Assembly: GCA_964372195.1 (NCBI GenBank)
Contig: CAYJPX010000004.1
Coordinates: forward strand, 14,432-78,431
DNA length: 64,000 bases
Direction: 5' to 3'
Source: an uncultured Phycisphaeraceae bacterium
Lineage (GTDB): Bacteria > Planctomycetota > Phycisphaerae > Phycisphaerales > UBA1924
Numbering within the stretch: the stretch's first letter is position 1; each line of letters opens with the position of its first letter. The translations under genes and the position numbers were made by a program. A model generated the notes under the pieces. It was not told the origin of the DNA. It did not search any database and worked only from the letters and a program-made list of their open reading frames with translations. Below are positions 51,888-61,186 of this stretch, one piece after another.

Positions 51888-52454
51888 ATGGCAAGGCTCC
51901 TCCACCAGTCGTTCTCCTCCCCCCTCGGCCCGCTCACCGCCATGGTGCTCGACGATGCCGGGCGCGAGGCCTTGTGCATGCTCGAGTTCGGCAGCACCGG
52001 GCGCGTGAGCCGCGAGCGGGGTGAGCTGGCACGCCATTTCGCCTGCGAGCCCCACGCCGGGCGGGCCGGGCTGCACGACGAGGTCGAACGCCAGCTGAGC
52101 GCCTACTTCGCCGGCGACCTTTCCGAGTTCACCCTCCCGCTCGAAACGCCGGGCACCGAGTTCCAGCAGCGCGTCTGGAACGCCCTGCTCGACATCCCCC
52201 TCGGCCAGACCTGCTCCTATGGCGAGCTCGCCACCCGCATCGACTCCCCCGGTGGGCAGCGGGCCGTCGGCGCGGCCAACGGGGCCAACCGCCTCGCCAT
52301 CGTCGTCCCCTGCCACCGCGTCATCGAGTCCACCGGCAAGCTCCGCGGGTACGGCGGGGGGCTCGAACGCAAGCAGTGGCTCCTCGCCCATGAGGGCGCG
52401 TGGCCCACCACGCCCACCCTCTTCGATGCCGCCACGGCCGCGAGCGCCCCATGA
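51888..52454 (+). CDS. ogt: Methylated-DNA--protein-cysteine methyltransferase
   Basis: TEFQQRVWNALLDIPLGQTCSYGELA and the active-site IVVPCHRVI. Confidence 0.9.
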   Translation: MARLLHQSFSSPLGPLTAMVLDDAGREALCMLEFGSTGRVSRERGELARHFACEPHAGRAGLHDEVERQLSAYFAGDLSEFTLPLETPGTEFQQRVWNALLDIPLGQTCSYGELATRIDSPGGQRAVGAANGANRLAIVVPCHRVIESTGKLRGYGGGLERKQWLLAHEGAWPTTPTLFDAATAASAP

Positions 52455-53488
52455 CCGAGATCATCGACCTGCGTTCCGACACCATCACCCGCCCCACCGA
52501 CGCCATGCGCCGCGCCATGGCCGAGGCCGAGGTCGGCGATGACATGTTCGGCGAGGACCCCACCGTCCGCCGGCTCGAGGAGCGGTTCTGCGAGCTCACG
52601 GGGATGGCCGCGGCCGTCTTCGTCCCCAGCGGCACCATGGCCAACCAGCTCGCGATCCGCGCCCAGACCGAGCCGGGCGACGAGGTCATTACCCACCCCG
52701 AGAGCCACATCATCCACTACGAGTCGGGCGCCCCCGCGGCGCTCTCGGGCGTGATGCCCCGCTTCGCCCAAGGCCCGCGGGGCATGTTCACCGCGAACGA
52801 TGTCCGCGCCCTCGTGCGGGCCGACGACCCGCACTGCTGCGTCAGCAAGCTCGTCACCCTCGAGAACACCCACAACCGGGGCGGCGGCAAGGTCTGGCCC
52901 ATCGACCAACTCCAGGAGGTCATCGACACCGCCCACGACCTGGGCATGCGCGCCCACATCGACGGCGCCCGGATCTGGAACGCCAGCGTCGCCTCGGGCC
53001 AGACCGTCCGCGCCATCGTCGCCAACGCCGACACCGTCAGCGCCTGCTTCAGCAAGGGCCTGGGCGCGCCCGTCGGCTCGGCGCTCGCGGGCGATGCGGC
53101 CACCATCAAGCGGGCCCGCCGGTTCCGCAAGCAGTTCGGCGGCTCGATGCGCCAGGCGGGCATCCTCGCCGCCGCGGCCCTCCACGCCCTCGACCACCAC
53201 CTCGAACGCCTCGCCGACGACCACGCCAACGCCCGCGCGCTGGCCGACCGCCTCGCCGAGACTCCGGGCGTGCTCCTCGATCCCGCCGAGGTCGAGACCA
53301 ACATCGTCTTCTTCGACCTCGACCCCCGGGTTGGTCACGCCGCCGCGGTCTGCGAGCGGTGCGCCGCGGCGGGGGTGCGGATGTTCAGCGAGGGGCCCAG
53401 CCGCATCCGGGCGGTGACCAACCTGCATGTCTCGGCCGCCCAGGCGATCGACGCGGCCGGCCGCATCGCCGGTGTTCTCGGACACTAA
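52451..53488 (+). CDS. ltaE: Low-specificity L-threonine aldolase
   Basis: IDLRSDTITRPT, GDDMFGEDPTV, SGTMANQLA, DGARIWNA, FSKGLGAPVGS (PLP lysine). The ATG overlaps the ogt stop. Confidence 0.9.
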   Translation: MTEIIDLRSDTITRPTDAMRRAMAEAEVGDDMFGEDPTVRRLEERFCELTGMAAAVFVPSGTMANQLAIRAQTEPGDEVITHPESHIIHYESGAPAALSGVMPRFAQGPRGMFTANDVRALVRADDPHCCVSKLVTLENTHNRGGGKVWPIDQLQEVIDTAHDLGMRAHIDGARIWNASVASGQTVRAIVANADTVSACFSKGLGAPVGSALAGDAATIKRARRFRKQFGGSMRQAGILAAAALHALDHHLERLADDHANARALADRLAETPGVLLDPAEVETNIVFFDLDPRVGHAAAVCERCAAAGVRMFSEGPSRIRAVTNLHVSAAQAIDAAGRIAGVLGH

Positions 53489-53654
53489 GCCCCGCGCTCG
53501 GCCCGGTTCCCGGGCCCCCCACCGGCTCCACCGTTACAGGCGGTCTGCTTTCCCCGACCCCCGGGGCCCTCGGGCTGGCGCTCGCGCCGCGCGCAACCGA
53601 TTGCCAACGCGGGCGCATCAGTCTTGCGCCCGATCCACCAGGGAGGAAGGCGCC

Positions 53655-55049
53655 ATGGACCCCCACCCCAACCAGGCCGAACTCAAGCCGACCACGACGA
53701 CTCTGGAATTCGGGGGCCCCGATTCCGTCGAGGACGACCTGCTCGAGATGATCACCTCGCTGGAGGCGAGGCTGGGGGATGTCCGCGAGCTGCACCGCGA
53801 GCAGCAGAGCCTCGAGGACGAGCTCGACGACCTGCACGCGGACCTCGACGCCCGGGCCGCCGAGCTCGACGAGCGCGAGCAGTTGCTCGGCGAGTCCTCC
53901 ACCGAGATCGCCTCGGAGCGCGAGGCGATCGAGTCGGCCCGCGCGACCCTGGCCGCCCAGCAGGCCGAGATCGAACGACGCCGCGCCGAGCTCGAGGCCA
54001 AGGAGCGCGAGGTCAGCGACCGCATCGGCAGTGTCGACGAGATGCAGGCCAAGCTCGAGGCCGCCGAGGCCGCCCTCCGCGCTGAGCGAGAGACCCGCCA
54101 GGCCGAGGCCGAGGCGTTCCGCCGCGAGCACGAGGAGCTCGCCAAGCGCGAGACCGACCTGGCCGCCAAGGCCGCCGAGCACGGCGGCCAGTCGCCCGAG
54201 ATCGCCGAGCTCGCCGCCCAGCTCGCCGAGGCCCAGAAGTTCGCCAACGAGCGGGCCATCGAGGCCGAGAAGCGGGCCAACGAGGCCCACCGCCGGACGC
54301 TCGAACTCGAGTCCCGCTGCAAGGAACTCGCCGGCGAGTGCGACATCGTCCGCAAGGAGCTCAAGGGCAGCCGCGAAGAGGTCAAGCGCGTCGAGCACGA
54401 GCTCCCCCAACGCCTCGTCAAGCAGCAACTCAAGGCCCGACGCACCGAGACCGTCCAGCACACCATCGTCACGGCCCTGACCTGGCTGTGCGTCGCGGTG
54501 ACCATGGGGGCCGCCGGGCTCACCGGCATCAACGGCGCCACGGGGGAGGCGGTGCTCATGCTCGGGTTTGCCTTCGCCGCGTTCTTCTTCGGTTCGCAGA
54601 CCATCGCCGGGCGGCTCTTCGACGCCCCGACCATCGTCATCGGGCTCATCGGCGGGTCGTTCGGCTGGTGGTTCCCCATGTGGACCGACGCGGTCGTCCA
54701 GGCCATGGCGACCTGGTCGCTGCCGACCGGTTCGCTGCCGGCCTCGGTCGTCGCCGAGCTGCCCCTGGCCGTCGCCGTCGCGACTGCCGCGCTCACGCTC
54801 ACCGTCGGGATCTTCGCCCTGACCTGGTCGGGCTCGCTGCTCTTCCTCAGCGGGTTTGTGTCCCTCCTGTCCGGGGGGCTGGCGTTGCTCCCGGATCGCT
54901 CGGGGTTTGCCCTTGGCGCGGCGGCGGTGCTGTGGATCGCGGTGACCGGGACGGGGCTCGCACGCTGGGCCTCCCGAATCGCTTCGGAGTCCGGCACCGG
55001 CGGCATCAAGCCGGTCGCCGGCGGCGCCATGCCGCGCAGAATGCTCTGA
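53655..55049 (+). CDS. Coiled-coil protein with a C-terminal polytopic membrane domain
   Basis: About 270 aa of E/A/R-rich heptad-like sequence, followed by six or more hydrophobic segments. GGAGGAAGG Shine-Dalgarno before the ATG. Confidence 0.6.
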   Translation: MDPHPNQAELKPTTTTLEFGGPDSVEDDLLEMITSLEARLGDVRELHREQQSLEDELDDLHADLDARAAELDEREQLLGESSTEIASEREAIESARATLAAQQAEIERRRAELEAKEREVSDRIGSVDEMQAKLEAAEAALRAERETRQAEAEAFRREHEELAKRETDLAAKAAEHGGQSPEIAELAAQLAEAQKFANERAIEAEKRANEAHRRTLELESRCKELAGECDIVRKELKGSREEVKRVEHELPQRLVKQQLKARRTETVQHTIVTALTWLCVAVTMGAAGLTGINGATGEAVLMLGFAFAAFFFGSQTIAGRLFDAPTIVIGLIGGSFGWWFPMWTDAVVQAMATWSLPTGSLPASVVAELPLAVAVATAALTLTVGIFALTWSGSLLFLSGFVSLLSGGLALLPDRSGFALGAAAVLWIAVTGTGLARWASRIASESGTGGIKPVAGGAMPRRML

Positions 55050-55086
55050 ATTCTGACGAAAGCCGCCGCGGACGGACCCGGCATTC

Positions 55087-55096
55087 TGCTATAAAT
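55087..55096 (+). promoter_or_regulatory. Extended -10 promoter element (TGcTATAAAT) abutting the pseudopilin-like gene
   Basis: TG-n-TATAAA ends 7 nt before the ATG at 55103, and no Shine-Dalgarno lies between them. This suggests a leaderless transcript. Confidence 0.35.
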
Positions 55097-55102
55097 GGGC
55101 GC

Positions 55103-55801
55103 ATGAGGCGCTCGGCATTCACGCTCATCGAGTTGTTGGTGGTCATCGCCATCATCGCGCTGCTCATCGGGATCCTGCTCCCGGCACTCGGTAAATCGCG
55201 GGCGGCCGCCCAGAAGATCGTCTGCGAGGCCAACCACAAGCAGTTGATCACCGCCGTCGGCATGTACTGCAATGCCGAGCAGGATTGGCTCCCCCGACCC
55301 AACTGGGCCGTGGGGAACCGGTCCTACCGCGAGCCGGGTTGGCTCTACACCCCCCCCGAGCCCAGCCAGAACAACTGGAAATGGGAGACCCACCGCGAGG
55401 GCAGCATCTGGCCCTATCTCGAGAACGACGAGGTCTACCGCTGCCCCGCGCACAAAGGGGACTTCGTCGGGTCGGGCAAGACCACCAGCTACCTGCTCAA
55501 CGGCGCCGTGGTCGCCTACGGCCGGGCCCCGCCCCGCAAGAACTCCAAGCTCTACCAGACCTATTTCATCGATCGCTTCGACATCAAGGCCGTGATGTTC
55601 TGGGAAACCGAGGGCGACGGCTGGAACGACGGCTCGAGCTACCCCTATGAGGGTCTCAACGAACGCCACGGCCGGGGGGCGACCATCACCTGCCCCGACG
55701 GGCACGCCGAGTGGATGGAGCGGACCGACTACGAGCGCGAACTCCGCCTCAAGCCCAGCCGCCTCTGGTGCGTCCCCGACAACCCCCGCGGTGATCGCTG
55801 A
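55103..55801 (+). CDS. Prepilin-type N-terminal cleavage/methylation domain protein (pseudopilin-like, planctomycete DUF1559-type)
   Basis: [33 protein letters not shown]. Confidence 0.85.
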   Translation: MRRSAFTLIELLVVIAIIALLIGILLPALGKSRAAAQKIVCEANHKQLITAVGMYCNAEQDWLPRPNWAVGNRSYREPGWLYTPPEPSQNNWKWETHREGSIWPYLENDEVYRCPAHKGDFVGSGKTTSYLLNGAVVAYGRAPPRKNSKLYQTYFIDRFDIKAVMFWETEGDGWNDGSSYPYEGLNERHGRGATITCPDGHAEWMERTDYERELRLKPSRLWCVPDNPRGDR

Positions 55802-55971
55802 GCGACGCCCGCGTGCGCGCCTTCAGGCACGCCGCGCCCGTGCGAGCCGCGTGCGGCCCCTCGCCGACCCCGCCCCGACACCCGCGCGCGGAGGGGGGAG
55901 GAGCGAGCAACAGCCCACCGCCGCGTGCCCGAAAGCCAACATGACGATCAGCGTCAGGCGGGCTCCCACTC

Positions 55972-56012
55972 GAAAAGAACAGCACGCCCGCTCCGGTCGG
56001 GAACGGGCGTGC
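55972..56012 (-). terminator. Rho-independent terminator-like hairpin about 340 nt downstream of mraZ
   Basis: Minus strand: GCACGCCCG-13 nt-CGGGCGTGC followed by TGTTCTTTTC. Confidence 0.4.
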
Positions 56013-56349
56013 ATGCCTCGGCGACGGCTGGGAGGCGGATGGTGGGTCGCCCCGTCGCCTGGTGGTGGGAGAGCGTCGACGCCACACATCCCGGCGTCCA
56101 GAAGGCCCCGTGCGGGTGTTGCCCCGCCCCGGGACCGCATGACCGTGAGCCAAAGAGCCGTCGGCCGTGCGTCCGCATCCTTGCGTGCATCGGACCGAGC
56201 GGTTGAGTCCCTTCAGTTTCCGGCTCCGTGGCTCATCCGGCGGCTATCCGCCGGAACATCCATGTCGAGACCGGGGTTTGGCGCCCCCCCGGCTGGTCCT
56301 GCCCCCCATCGTCCATGACAGGGCTTCACTTCCGTCCTGGCCCACCGGC

Positions 56350-56805
56350 TCATCCTTGAGTCCGACGGGCCGACATCTTCGCGATCAGCGTCGGCAACTG
56401 GGCGAGGCGTTCCTTCTCCTTGGCCAGCCAGCCTGCCCGGTCGTGAATCTCCAAGTGGCTCATCGCCCCGACCACCGCGACCTCCCCATCCAGCCCGGTC
56501 AGTTCCAGGTGCCTGCGGGGCAGCGTGACCCGCCCGGTCGCGTCCATATCGACCTTCTCCGACGACCCGAAGAGCATCCGCTGCAGGGCCGCCGTGTCCT
56601 CGTCGGGGATCAACGAATCGCCCCAGCCGGCCGAGAGCTTGGCGAACCCCGCCTCGGGGATCAGCCAGAGCATCCCGTCGCCCCGGGGCATGCTGATCCA
56701 GCCCGGCCCCAAGTTGCCGCTCTCCAGGGCCGTCCGGAACTTCGCCGGGACCGCGAGTCGCGACTTCTTGTCGATGGTGACCTCGGCCTGCCCGATGAAG
56801 CTCAC
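56350..56805 (-). CDS. mraZ: Transcriptional regulator MraZ
   Basis: Two SpoVT/AbrB-like halves (DKKSRLAVPAKFR and DATGRVTLPRRH). GTG start with GGAGG 9 nt upstream. Confidence 0.85.
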   Translation of the reverse strand: MSFIGQAEVTIDKKSRLAVPAKFRTALESGNLGPGWISMPRGDGMLWLIPEAGFAKLSAGWGDSLIPDEDTAALQRMLFGSSEKVDMDATGRVTLPRRHLELTGLDGEVAVVGAMSHLEIHDRAGWLAKEKERLAQLPTLIAKMSARRTQG

Positions 56806-56833
56806 GAGTGGGTGCCTCCAGGTGCATGGGTGG

Positions 56834-56862
56834 GATAATGCCCCACTTTGCCCCTCCTGTCA
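56834..56862 (-). promoter_or_regulatory. Sigma-70-like promoter of mraZ
   Basis: Minus strand: TTGACA-17 nt-CATTAT, about 30 nt upstream of the start codon. The spacer contains a GTGGGG box. Confidence 0.45.
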
Positions 56863-57062
56863 ACACCATTCGGCTCAGCCTGTGCGAAAGTTGTGCAATC
56901 CCGGGGATTCCCCGTTAGACCAGCGCAATTCCAGCGCTACGGCGTCCTCCCGAGAACCTGGGTAAGCAGGGCAGCCCCGGGGGTATCGCCCAAGGCGCGA
57001 GCCCGCCCAGTCGATAGACTCGCCGAGTCCTCTCGGAGCGGGATTTCGGAGGCACGCGGCGT

Positions 57063-57518
57063 ATGTCCTGGAGCACCGATCTCAAACTGGCCTTGGGCCA
57101 ACTGCCCGCCGGGCGGTTCCTCATGGCGTCGGCCTTTGAGGACGACCGCGCCGGGCTGATCGTGCGTTCGGTCCAACCCTGCAGCAGCGACCCACCGCTC
57201 CTTTGCGTCGCGGTCCGCACCGGGCACCGCATCGAGCCGCTCATCCGCGACAGCCGCTGCTTTGCACTCTCGCGCGTGGGCGAGGAGGACCGGCTGGTCC
57301 GTCACAAGTTCGCGGCGACCCCTGCTCCCGACTCTCCGGACGGGGCGGACCCATTCGCCGCGATCGCGGTCGAGACCCTGACGACCGGCTCTCCGGTGCT
57401 CCGGGGCTCGCCGTTGGTGTTCGACTGTGAGGTTGTCCGGCACTTCGATCTCGAGGCCGACTGCGAGCTCTACATCGGTCAGGTGATCGCGTCGCGTGTC
57501 CTGCAGGGCGTGGCTTGA
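57063..57518 (+). CDS. Flavin reductase-like FMN-binding domain protein
   Basis: The size and the pattern G.F.MASAFEDDRAGLIVRSV...CVA...F.L..., resembling the flavin reductase / split-barrel family. Weak motif support. Confidence 0.55.
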   Translation: MSWSTDLKLALGQLPAGRFLMASAFEDDRAGLIVRSVQPCSSDPPLLCVAVRTGHRIEPLIRDSRCFALSRVGEEDRLVRHKFAATPAPDSPDGADPFAAIAVETLTTGSPVLRGSPLVFDCEVVRHFDLEADCELYIGQVIASRVLQGVA

Positions 57519-57541
57519 TTCCCGAGTCAACGATCAGGGCG

Positions 57542-58003
57542 ATGCCCCGCACCCCCTCCCATCTCGGACTGCTCGCCTGGCTGCTCTGGCTGCTCGCGCT
57601 TCCGGGCTGCGTGAACAGCGGCGACGCCTACCGCCCGGTGCAGCTCGCCCGCGGCGAGTCGGTGGTCTATGTCTATCGACCCCGGTCGCTGCTGAGCCCC
57701 GGCCCGGTCGAGGTCGTCATCGACCAGACGCCCGCGGGGACCCTGCGGCGGAACACCTTCCTCGCGGTGATCGTGGGGCCGGGCGAGCACCTCGTCCGCG
57801 TCCAACGCCGCAGCGACGCGACCCGGCGCGTCCTGGTCGGCGAGGGCGAGGGTGTTCTGCTCGAAGCGGGGGCGTCGCTCCTGGGCGGGTTCGTCTCGCT
57901 CGACGACCCGGGCGAGGCACTCGCCCGCGAACGCATCGCCCGCACGAAGCAGGCGAGCCCGCCGGTGCATATCCACCCAGGCGCACCTTCCGAGTCAGAT
58001 TGA
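57542..58003 (+). CDS. Hypothetical lipoprotein (DUF2846-like)
   Basis: Lipobox LALPGC, then VVYVYRP...G...V.IDQ..., similar to DUF2846. Low certainty. Confidence 0.45.
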   Translation: MPRTPSHLGLLAWLLWLLALPGCVNSGDAYRPVQLARGESVVYVYRPRSLLSPGPVEVVIDQTPAGTLRRNTFLAVIVGPGEHLVRVQRRSDATRRVLVGEGEGVLLEAGASLLGGFVSLDDPGEALARERIARTKQASPPVHIHPGAPSESD

Positions 58004-58046
58004 CTACTTTCGCCGGGAATGAGCGGATCTTCGAGCGATCCCGGAG

Positions 58047-59231
58047 TCAGCACCCGAGTATTTCTCGAATCGCGGCGGATATCTTCTCGTCGAACACGGG
58101 CTCCGAGAAGCGTTCTGCGTTCGCCCTGCACGCCGCGGGATTGTCCGGGCACTCTCGGGCCGCGGCCGCGGCCTGCTCGGGCGAATCACCATCGAAGAAC
58201 GCGCCCGTTTCTCCCTCGACCACGGTGTCCAGCGCGCCTGCCCCCCGCCTGGCGACGACCGGGCACCCGCACGACTGGGCCTCGACGGCGGTGATGCCGA
58301 AGTCTTCGAGTTGGGGGAAGACCAGGAGCCGGGCCCGGCGGTAGAGGTTGCGCAGCTCGCCGTCGGACACCCGGCCCAGGAATTCCACACCCGTGCCCGC
58401 GAACTCGCCGCGGAGCGCCGCTGCGATCGAGCCCTGTCCGACGACTTTGATCGGCGCCCCGGCGTGGCGTGCCGCCCGGATCGCCAGGTCCGCGCGCTTG
58501 TAGGGCTCGAGCGCCGCGACAAAGAGCCAGAACTCTTCGCGCCGCACCGACGCGTCGGGCGTGTAGAAGTCGGTGCGCACCGGCGGGTGCACGACCGTCG
58601 CCTCGCGCCCGAAGCACCGCCCGACCTCGCGGGCCGTGTGCGTCGAGTTGGCGAGGAATGCGGTGACATTCGCCGCGGTTTTGCGGTCCCACTCGGCGAA
58701 CCGCCCGGCGAAGGCCCCGAGCCCGGCCGCCCGCAGGCGTGCCCCGAAACCCCGGCCCGCCGTGTACTCGCCGCGGATCGACCAGATGTACCGGGCGGGG
58801 GCGTGGCAGTAGCAGAGGTGGGGGATGCCCGCGGGCGTGCGCATGCCCTTGATCGCCGCCGAACTGGTCGAGATGAGCAGGTCGATCGGCGCCGTCCGAT
58901 GGCGTCGGCCGAGCGACCGGGACAGCGACCCGACCGCGGCGGGGTAGAGCGGGAGCAGCCACCGGCGGGCCGCGCTCGGGAAGAGCCGCAGCGGCGAGAC
59001 GGTGTGCGGGAGGGCGTCGACCGTCGGCGCGAGCGGTCGGCGGTCGTCGAACATGGTGTAGAGGCGATCCACACGCCCGATCTGCCCTGCGGTCCGCGCG
59101 ATGCGTTCGAGTACCGCCTCCCCGCCGCGGAAGCCGCACAGCCAGTCGTGCGCCAGCGCAATGGTCGGCCGCGTCGCCCCGCGCTCGCGTGGGTCGGGCG
59201 GGCTCTCGGGGTTTGGAGGCGTGTCTATCAT
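58047..59231 (-). CDS. Glycosyltransferase family 4 (GT-B, Glycos_transf_1)
   Basis: C-terminal domain LVFPQLEDFGITAVEAQSCGCPVVA...G...V..G.TG, the EX7E-type motif. Confidence 0.85.
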   Translation of the reverse strand: MIDTPPNPESPPDPRERGATRPTIALAHDWLCGFRGGEAVLERIARTAGQIGRVDRLYTMFDDRRPLAPTVDALPHTVSPLRLFPSAARRWLLPLYPAAVGSLSRSLGRRHRTAPIDLLISTSSAAIKGMRTPAGIPHLCYCHAPARYIWSIRGEYTAGRGFGARLRAAGLGAFAGRFAEWDRKTAANVTAFLANSTHTAREVGRCFGREATVVHPPVRTDFYTPDASVRREEFWLFVAALEPYKRADLAIRAARHAGAPIKVVGQGSIAAALRGEFAGTGVEFLGRVSDGELRNLYRRARLLVFPQLEDFGITAVEAQSCGCPVVARRGAGALDTVVEGETGAFFDGDSPEQAAAAARECPDNPAACRANAERFSEPVFDEKISAAIREILGC

Positions 59232-59237
59232 CGGCCG

Positions 59238-60359
59238 ATGTCGGGCACAGTCGGATCAACGCGCGATGGGGCCTTTCGTCACGACGCCAACCGCTTCGGG
59301 CTTGATTATGGCACCGAGGCGGCGCTCCTGGGGGCGCCCCCCGTCCCGATCATCGACGCCCACACGCACCTCAACGGCACGCGGGCCGCGGGGGTCTGGG
59401 CCAGGGCGGCCGATCTCTACGGCATAGACCGCGCCTACTCGATGAGCCGCCTCGCCGAGGTCCAGCCGGTGCGCGACGCCCTGGGCGACCGGGTCCGGTT
59501 CATCGCCTTCCCCGATTGGTCCAACCCCGACACCCAGGCGGTCCATCGGGGGGGGTACCTGCCGGTCATCGAGCAGTACCGCGAGCGGTTCGACGCTCGG
59601 ATCGTCAAGTTCTGGTCGGGCCCGGCGCTGGTGGATTATGCCGGGGGCGACCCGGCCGACCTGGTCCCCTTCGACAGCCCGTGGCGGGTCCGCCAGGCCG
59701 AGCTGGCGACAGAGCTGGGCATGATGTTCATGGTCCACATCGCCGACCCGGACACCTGGTTCGCCACGCGGTACACCGATACCGCCCGCTACCGCACCAA
59801 GGCCGCACAATACGAGTCGTTCGAGCGGATGCTCGAGCGGTTCACCCAGCCGTGGATCGCGGCGCACATGGGCGGCTGGCCCGAGGACCTGGGCTTCCTC
59901 GGCGGGCTGCTCGAGCGGCACGCGAACCTCTTCCTCGACTGCAGCGCGACCAAGTGGATCGTGCGGGAGCTGTGCGCGCAGCCCCGCGAGCGCGTCGCCG
60001 CGTTCTTCACCCGCTGGCGCGGCCGGCTCCTCTTCGGGTCGGACATCGTGGCGATGGACGCCCACCTCACGCCCGACAAGCGCGGCGCCACGAGCATCAA
60101 GAGCGAGCAGGCCAGCACCGAGGCCGAGGCGTTCGATCTGTACGCCAGCCGGTACTGGGCCCTGCGCACCATGCTCGAGACGGGCTATCAGGGGGAGAGC
60201 CCGATCGTGGACCCCGATTTGGCGATGGTCGACCCGGACCGATTCGGAGCGCGTGATGCACCGGCGCTGCGGGGGGTCGGTCTCGATCAGGCGGTGCTCG
60301 CCGATCTGTACCGCCACACCGCGATGGCGGTCGTCGAGCGGTGGTGCGAGGAGCACTGA
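59238..60359 (+). CDS. Amidohydrolase-family (TIM-barrel metal-dependent hydrolase) protein
   Basis: IIDAHTHLNG near the N-terminus, MVHIADP, AAHMGGWP and LFGSDI. Confidence 0.75.
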   Translation: MSGTVGSTRDGAFRHDANRFGLDYGTEAALLGAPPVPIIDAHTHLNGTRAAGVWARAADLYGIDRAYSMSRLAEVQPVRDALGDRVRFIAFPDWSNPDTQAVHRGGYLPVIEQYRERFDARIVKFWSGPALVDYAGGDPADLVPFDSPWRVRQAELATELGMMFMVHIADPDTWFATRYTDTARYRTKAAQYESFERMLERFTQPWIAAHMGGWPEDLGFLGGLLERHANLFLDCSATKWIVRELCAQPRERVAAFFTRWRGRLLFGSDIVAMDAHLTPDKRGATSIKSEQASTEAEAFDLYASRYWALRTMLETGYQGESPIVDPDLAMVDPDRFGARDAPALRGVGLDQAVLADLYRHTAMAVVERWCEEH

Positions 60360-60396
60360 CCGGGAGGCCGTCAGCGACGGCGTGCGCGGCGTTGTG

Positions 60397-61023
60397 CTAC
60401 CTATCGGCCGCGGTCGGCTCCCCCCGCGCCACGCGCCCCGCCTGTTCAAAGAGGTGGGCCATAATGCCCGTGGCGGCGTCGTCACGGGGGGCGCTCACGC
60501 CCGCCGTCAGGCTCGCGGCCCCCAGCCGATCGGCAAAGCCCGGTGTTGCGGAGAGCAGTTTGACCGATCCGCCCCGGATCGACCCGCCGAGCGTGTCGTC
60601 GCCCGGCGTGCCCGAGGGCAGCATGAACCCGCCGCCACCATAGAGCCCGACCTCGCCGCGTGAGAGCACCACCGCCTGGACGGTCGCGCTGGAGGCGGTC
60701 GGTTCGATCGGCGTCTTGCCCGGCTTGGGGCGGATGAACAGGTGGATGTGGATGATCGTGCCGACCAGGTCGTCGAAGGACTCGGCCTGGGAGAGCTGGC
60801 GCAGCGGGATGTCCGACAGATAGAACTCGGCGGTCGAGGTGTCGGCGGTCCTGTAGCCCGCCGAGACCATCGCCGGCGAGAGCACCACCCCCTGATCGAT
60901 CGACTCGAACCGAACGCCCGACGCGGTGAACACCCGCCCGCACCCCCCGATCGGGGCGGGCAGGACGCCCGCCAGAACGCCGAGGAGGCAGAAAAAACAG
61001 CGGGTGGGGGGCCTTGGGAGCAT
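60397..61023 (-). CDS. Hypothetical lipoprotein
   Basis: MLPRPPTRCFFCLLGVLAGVLPAPIGGC lipobox. Family not recognised. Confidence 0.5.
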   Translation of the reverse strand: MLPRPPTRCFFCLLGVLAGVLPAPIGGCGRVFTASGVRFESIDQGVVLSPAMVSAGYRTADTSTAEFYLSDIPLRQLSQAESFDDLVGTIIHIHLFIRPKPGKTPIEPTASSATVQAVVLSRGEVGLYGGGGFMLPSGTPGDDTLGGSIRGGSVKLLSATPGFADRLGAASLTAGVSAPRDDAATGIMAHLFEQAGRVARGEPTAADR

Positions 61024-61186
61024 GGCCAGAGGGTATCGCGCAGGATCATCGCGTGTTTTTGGGATCCAATCGCCCGCCGATCGATACAATAGAGGTGGAA
61101 CCGTGGAGGTTCGCCGGGCGCACCGACCGGTGGCCGGGGCCCACGCGAGGGGCACAGCCCCGGGGGATGCATCAAGGAGGTGGCCG

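Noticed and set aside
55647-56318. ORFs in the mraZ-downstream gap (55647-56318 +, 55749-56153 -, 55823-56140 -, 55954-56190 -), and the idea that the gap encodes RNase P RNA, tmRNA or SRP RNA.
   Set aside because: The translations are low-complexity Arg/Pro/Gly strings. I could not find the universal RNase P P4 sequence (GAGGAAAGUCCGGGC), the tmRNA 5-prime end or tag region, or the SRP domain IV motif on either strand.
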